Source of the DNA: Dehalococcoidia bacterium
Lineage (GTDB): Bacteria > Chloroflexota > Dehalococcoidia > Bin125
Length of the DNA: 64,000 nucleotides
NCBI GenBank assembly: GCA_963662615.2
Contig: CAXXSR010000001.1
Location: 1,440,001 to 1,504,000, forward strand
Direction of reading: 5' to 3'
Of the stretch, positions 59,884-64,000 are shown in pieces. Under the pieces are notes generated by a model that ran no database searches, was not told where the DNA came from, and was given only the letters and a program-made list of their open reading frames with translations. Numbering within the stretch: position 1 is the first letter of the stretch; each line of letters starts with the position of its first letter. Made by a program: the position numbers and the translations under genes.

Positions 59884-60158
59884 TAGGCAACGCTCACCGG
59901 TATGCGCAGCTCCGTTCCTGCCACGAGTTCCCCTCGGAGGGCACGAGGAAGCTCGTCCCCGTCTTCGACGAACGACTCGACCAACTTGCGGGCAACGTCC
60001 TGCGCGATCTCGAGCGTCTCCGCTACGGTCCTCCCTTGGGCCACCAGTCCTGGCAATTCCTCACTCGTCGCGAGGTAGCCGCCTTCCGGCAGTGCCTCGA
60101 GTCGGACGGCAACGAGCACTTCTTTCACTGTCGCACCTCCGGCACCCATAGCGGCCAC
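59883..60158 (-). CDS. HicB-like antitoxin
   Basis: LPEGGYLATSEELPGLVAQGRTVAETLEIAQDVA. Confidence 0.8.
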   Translation of the reverse strand: MAAMGAGGATVKEVLVAVRLEALPEGGYLATSEELPGLVAQGRTVAETLEIAQDVARKLVESFVEDGDELPRALRGELVAGTELRIPVSVA

Positions 60159-60256
60159 CGCTCAGTCGGCGATCGCAGGGTTCTCTGTGCCCGAGTCTAA
60201 CCGGGCACGCTGATCGCCGGCAGCGCGCCGCCGCCCCCTTGTACCATCGTCCCGCC

Positions 60257-61213
60257 ATGCTGATCGCCCTCTCCCTCTGGCTCCTCGACCGCCTGGCCGA
60301 CTTCCTCCCACCCGCCTGGCTCTACCGCCTCGCCCGCTGCGCCGGCACCCTTCTGCTCCCCGTCTTCGAACGGCAGCGACAGACGGTGCGCTCCAACGTC
60401 CTCCGCCTGCACCCCGATTGGACCCCGCCCCAACTGGACACCGCCGCCAAGCGCGTGTTCCAGGAGCGCGCCGCCTACTACGTCGACACCGTCCTCCTCC
60501 CGCGCCGCAGGCCGCAGGAGACCATGGAGAAAAACGTGACTGTAGAAGGCTTGGATCTCCTCCAGGACGCGGTCGCTGCCGGCCGCGGCGTGGTGCTCGC
60601 GGGCGCCCACTTGAGCAACTCAGAGGTGCCCTTCCAGACCCTCGCTGCCCTCGACATCGAAGCGGTAGCGCTCGTCGAGCCGATGCAGAGCAAGCGCCAG
60701 ATGACCGGCATGCAGGCGCGCCGCGGCGCCGCCGGCATGCGCTTCGCCCCCGCCAACATGGACGGCATCCGCCGGGCCCTCACTCTGCTGCGTCGCGGCG
60801 GCGTCGTCGCCGTCCTCACCGACCGCGCCCTCCACGACAGCGGCATCTGCCTGCCCTTCGCCGGGCGCTTGGCCCGCTTCCCGACCGGCGCCGTTGACTT
60901 GGCCATGCGCACCGACGCCGCCCTCCTCATCGGCCTCGCCGTCCGCGAAGGCGACGACCATTTCCGCGTCCTCTTCCTCCCCACCGACCCCCTGATCCGC
61001 TCCGACGATCGCGCCCGCGACGTCCACTCCAATCTCGCCAACCTGATCCAACGCATGGAGCCGTTCATCGTCCAGCACACCCAGCAGTGGCGCATGTTCG
61101 AATCACCCTGGAAGCCCTGCCACGACACCAGGTATCAGGACCTCAGCGGCCGCGCCCGCCCGCCGCCTTCCGCGCGGGCGGCGAGCGCGCGGAAGGCGAC
61201 GGATCGTGTCTGA
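60257..61213 (+). CDS. Second PatA-like acyltransferase
   Basis: GRGVVL.GAHLSN, LTDR, PFAG..ARFPTGAV.LA, QQW. Confidence 0.85.
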   Translation: MLIALSLWLLDRLADFLPPAWLYRLARCAGTLLLPVFERQRQTVRSNVLRLHPDWTPPQLDTAAKRVFQERAAYYVDTVLLPRRRPQETMEKNVTVEGLDLLQDAVAAGRGVVLAGAHLSNSEVPFQTLAALDIEAVALVEPMQSKRQMTGMQARRGAAGMRFAPANMDGIRRALTLLRRGGVVAVLTDRALHDSGICLPFAGRLARFPTGAVDLAMRTDAALLIGLAVREGDDHFRVLFLPTDPLIRSDDRARDVHSNLANLIQRMEPFIVQHTQQWRMFESPWKPCHDTRYQDLSGRARPPPSARAASARKATDRV

Positions 61214-62033
61214 GGACCGCGGACGCCTGGCGCGCCCCCGCACCGCCGGAATCCTGGGCACGGCGGACCTCCAGGTCCATACCGCCCTCAGCGACGGCAT
61301 GGCCTCGCCCGCGCAGGTGGTCGCCTGGGCCGACGCGCACACCGACCTCGACCTCCTTGCCGTCACCGATCACGATGACCTGCGCGGGGCCCTGGAGGCC
61401 CAAGAGGCTGCCGCTCGCATGGGCGCGCGCCTGCAGGTGGTGCTAGGGATGGAGGTGACCACCCTGCGCGGCCATCTGCTGGCGCTGTTCCTGGAGCGGC
61501 CCGTGCCGTCGTTCCGCTCCCTTGCCTACACCATCAACGCCGTCCATGCTCAGGGCGGAGTGTGCGTGATCCCCCACCCCTTGAGCCCGCTCACCGCCAG
61601 CATCGGCGCACGGTCGATCGACCGGCTGCAGGCAGCAGCGAGCACCACCACACCGCCGCGCCCCGCCTTCGACGGGATCGAGCTGGCCAACCCCACCCCA
61701 GCCGCCCGCCTGCGTCAGACCACCGCGCGCCGCCTCAACCGTGACCGTTGGCGCCTGCCCGAGACGGGCGGCAGCGACGCCCATTTCCCCGAAGCGATCG
61801 CCTCCGCCGTCACCCGCTTCCCCGGACGAAGCGCCGCCGACTTCCGCGCCGCGCTCGCCGCGGGTCTGACCGTCGCCGAGAGCCGGAGTGCGCCGGGGCT
61901 CCGCCAGATCGGCCTGCGGCGCTTGGCCTGGCAGCAGCTGCGCGGCCTCACCGCCACCCCGCGAGCCGCGTACCGGCAGGTGCGCCCTGACCGACTCCCT
62001 CCGCGCTCCGACACAGCGGGGAGATCGCCGTGA
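61206..62033 (+). CDS. PHP-domain phosphoesterase
   Basis: DLQVHT.LSDG, TDHD, GMEVTT..GH, PHP, GGSDAH. Confidence 0.88.
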   Translation: MSEDRGRLARPRTAGILGTADLQVHTALSDGMASPAQVVAWADAHTDLDLLAVTDHDDLRGALEAQEAAARMGARLQVVLGMEVTTLRGHLLALFLERPVPSFRSLAYTINAVHAQGGVCVIPHPLSPLTASIGARSIDRLQAAASTTTPPRPAFDGIELANPTPAARLRQTTARRLNRDRWRLPETGGSDAHFPEAIASAVTRFPGRSAADFRAALAAGLTVAESRSAPGLRQIGLRRLAWQQLRGLTATPRAAYRQVRPDRLPPRSDTAGRSP

Positions 62034-62121
62034 CCGGCGGTTGCCGACCACCTCGCGGCCGCCGTTCCGCTACTTCGAACGCCGTCTACCGCCGCACCCC
62101 CGGCGGAACGGAGCACAAGAA

Positions 62122-63273
62122 ATGAAGATCGCGGTCGTGTCGCCGTACGACTTCTCGATCCCCGGTGGCGTCAACTCCTACGCGCTCTCCTTGGCGCGTT
62201 GGCAGCGACGGCAGGGCCACGACGTGCGGGTGATCGGACCCGCCTCATCCCGCAACGGCCTCACCCCCCCCGACGTCACCGTCGTGGGGCGGCCGCTGCC
62301 GGTGCCCGCGGGTGGCACCGTGGCGACCATCGCCATGTCGCCCCTCGTGCCGCGGGCGCTCCGCTCGCTCTTGGAGGAGGAGCAGTTCGACATCGTCCAC
62401 CTGCATGAGCCCCTGATGCCGCTCCTCCCCCTGCACGCGCTCCGCGTCTCAACCGCGCTGCGCGTCGGCACCTTTCACACCGCGGAGCCGCTGGGCCGGC
62501 GCCTCTACCGGCTCGCGGGGCCTGCCTTGGCGCGCTGGGCCACCCGCTTGCACGCCCACACGGCCATCTCCGCGACGGCGCGGGACGTGGCCGCCCCGTT
62601 CATCCGCGGCCCCTGCGAGATCATCCCCGGCTGCATTGACATTGACCGCTTCGCCCGGCCCGCGCCGCCACTGCCGGCCCTGCTCGACGGCCGCCGCAAC
62701 ATCCTCTTCGTGGGCCGCATTGAGCCCCGCAAGGGCCTGGCCGTCCTCCTCCAGGCGTACGGGCGCGTCCGCGCCTCCCACCACGACACCCGCCTGGTGG
62801 TCGTGGGACCCAAGGGGTGGCTCGGCTGTCGCTTGGAGCGTCGGGTCCGGGCCCTGGCCTGGGACGACGTCGTCTTCACCGGCGCCGTTGCGGCTGCCGA
62901 CCTGCCGCGCTACTACCAGGCCGCCAGCGTCTTCTGTGCGCCCGCCGGCGGCGGCGAAGCGTTCGGGATCGTCCTGGCGGAAGCGATGGCGGCCGGCGTC
63001 CCCATCGTCGCCAGCGAGATCCCGGGCTATCGCCACGTCATCCAGTCGCAGCGCCAGGGCCTCATGCCCCCTCCCCATGACCCCGCCCGCCTTGCCGACG
63101 CCATCGAGCGGCTTCTCGACGATGCCCCCTTGCGCGCCGACCTGCGCGCCCGCGGGCGCGAGCGCGTCCGCAGCTTCAGCGTCGAATCAGTAGGGCAACG
63201 CATGCTGGACCTGTATGATCGGCGCTTGAGCGAGCAGAGATCTCAGCCGACAGCCATGGCGGGCCGGCCCTAG
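62122..63273 (+). CDS. GT4 glycosyltransferase (PimA-like)
   Basis: VSPYD...PGGV, HLHEP, GTFH, GRIEPRKG, EAFGIVLAEAMAAG. Confidence 0.88.
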   Translation: MKIAVVSPYDFSIPGGVNSYALSLARWQRRQGHDVRVIGPASSRNGLTPPDVTVVGRPLPVPAGGTVATIAMSPLVPRALRSLLEEEQFDIVHLHEPLMPLLPLHALRVSTALRVGTFHTAEPLGRRLYRLAGPALARWATRLHAHTAISATARDVAAPFIRGPCEIIPGCIDIDRFARPAPPLPALLDGRRNILFVGRIEPRKGLAVLLQAYGRVRASHHDTRLVVVGPKGWLGCRLERRVRALAWDDVVFTGAVAAADLPRYYQAASVFCAPAGGGEAFGIVLAEAMAAGVPIVASEIPGYRHVIQSQRQGLMPPPHDPARLADAIERLLDDAPLRADLRARGRERVRSFSVESVGQRMLDLYDRRLSEQRSQPTAMAGRP

Positions 63274-63326
63274 CTCGCCGGCCCGCGCGCGCCGTCCCAC
63301 CCGGAACCGCCGGAGAGGCCCTGTCC

Positions 63327-63962
63327 GTGTCGCTGCTCCCCCACGGCCTGCCGGACGATTTCACCCGCCGCTTGGGCGAAACCGTCGCCCGCAGCCGGCT
63401 CTCCCCCAATGCGCTCACGGCGCTCGGCTTGGGCACCGCCGCCGCCGCGGCCACCCTCGCGGCCCACGGCCGCTTCTGGGAGGCGGGGCTCGTCATGCTC
63501 ACCGCCGCCGCCTTCGACGTCCTCGACGGCGCCGTCGCCCTCGCCACCAACAAGGCCTCGCAGTTCGGCGCCATCTTCGACGCCATCGCCGACCGCCTCA
63601 GCGAATTCGCGATGCTCCTCGCGCTTTTGGTCTGGTTCAGCGCCCCCGAGCGGGCGGACCGGGAGGCGATCATCCTCATTGCCGTGACGATCGCCGGCTC
63701 CATGCTCGTGCCCTACACCCGCTCCAAGGCGGGCGAGTTCGGCGTCCATATCCGGCACGGGCTGGGCACCCGTTTTGAACGGGTTGTGATCCTGGCCATC
63801 GGGCTCTTCGCCGATCAGGTGGTTGCCGTCTTGTGGATCCTCGCCCTCCTCACCAATCTCACCGCCTTGCAACGCCTGGCCGTGACCTGGTGGGCCCTCC
63901 GCACCGCTCCGCCTGACAACGCCGACGACCAGCTGCTCTCGGACCTGCACTCGGACGACTAG
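63327..63962 (+). CDS. CDP-alcohol phosphatidyltransferase (PI/PIP synthase-like)
   Basis: PNALT, DVLDGAVA....FGAIFD.IADR, TALQR. Confidence 0.88.
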   Translation: MSLLPHGLPDDFTRRLGETVARSRLSPNALTALGLGTAAAAATLAAHGRFWEAGLVMLTAAAFDVLDGAVALATNKASQFGAIFDAIADRLSEFAMLLALLVWFSAPERADREAIILIAVTIAGSMLVPYTRSKAGEFGVHIRHGLGTRFERVVILAIGLFADQVVAVLWILALLTNLTALQRLAVTWWALRTAPPDNADDQLLSDLHSDD

Positions 63963-64000
63963 ACCCGCCGCCGACTCTGCTCCGCCCCGGGCGCACCCTG

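Overview
High-GC bacterial chromosome segment. The gene content (F420-dependent LLM/PPOX enzymes, an inositol-phospholipid cluster, Pro-rich lipoproteins) suggests Chloroflexota/Dehalococcoidia; this is inference only. Housekeeping genes include pckA, an acyl-CoA dehydrogenase, a phosphotriesterase-like hydrolase, gdhA, hisN and ino1 with a PIM-like lipid cluster. They are interleaved with five accessory components: (i) a complete IS1595-family element with 21-bp TIRs, an 8-bp TSD and passenger genes; (ii) small islands and TA modules (two NYN loci, BrnT-like, HicAB); (iii) a ~20 kb siphophage-derived region (27.3-47.8 kb) with an XRE repressor/ImmA pair, neck, tail tube, chaperones with an intact -1 slippery site, a very short 215-aa tape measure, Dit, Tal, fibre, holins and amidase, but no visible integrase, terminase, portal or capsid; (iv) dense, modular, strand-polarised hairpin repeats and tandem arrays that sit between genes, end at start codons and sometimes lie in-frame inside genes; (v) several frameshifted genes. 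Best candidates for something new are a domesticated headless short-tail particle (tailocin- or GTA-like) and NYN nucleases paired with related promoter plus UUCG-hairpin small RNAs. No CRISPR array, tRNA, rRNA or reverse transcriptase was recognised. All family calls are by eye from motifs; no searches were run.
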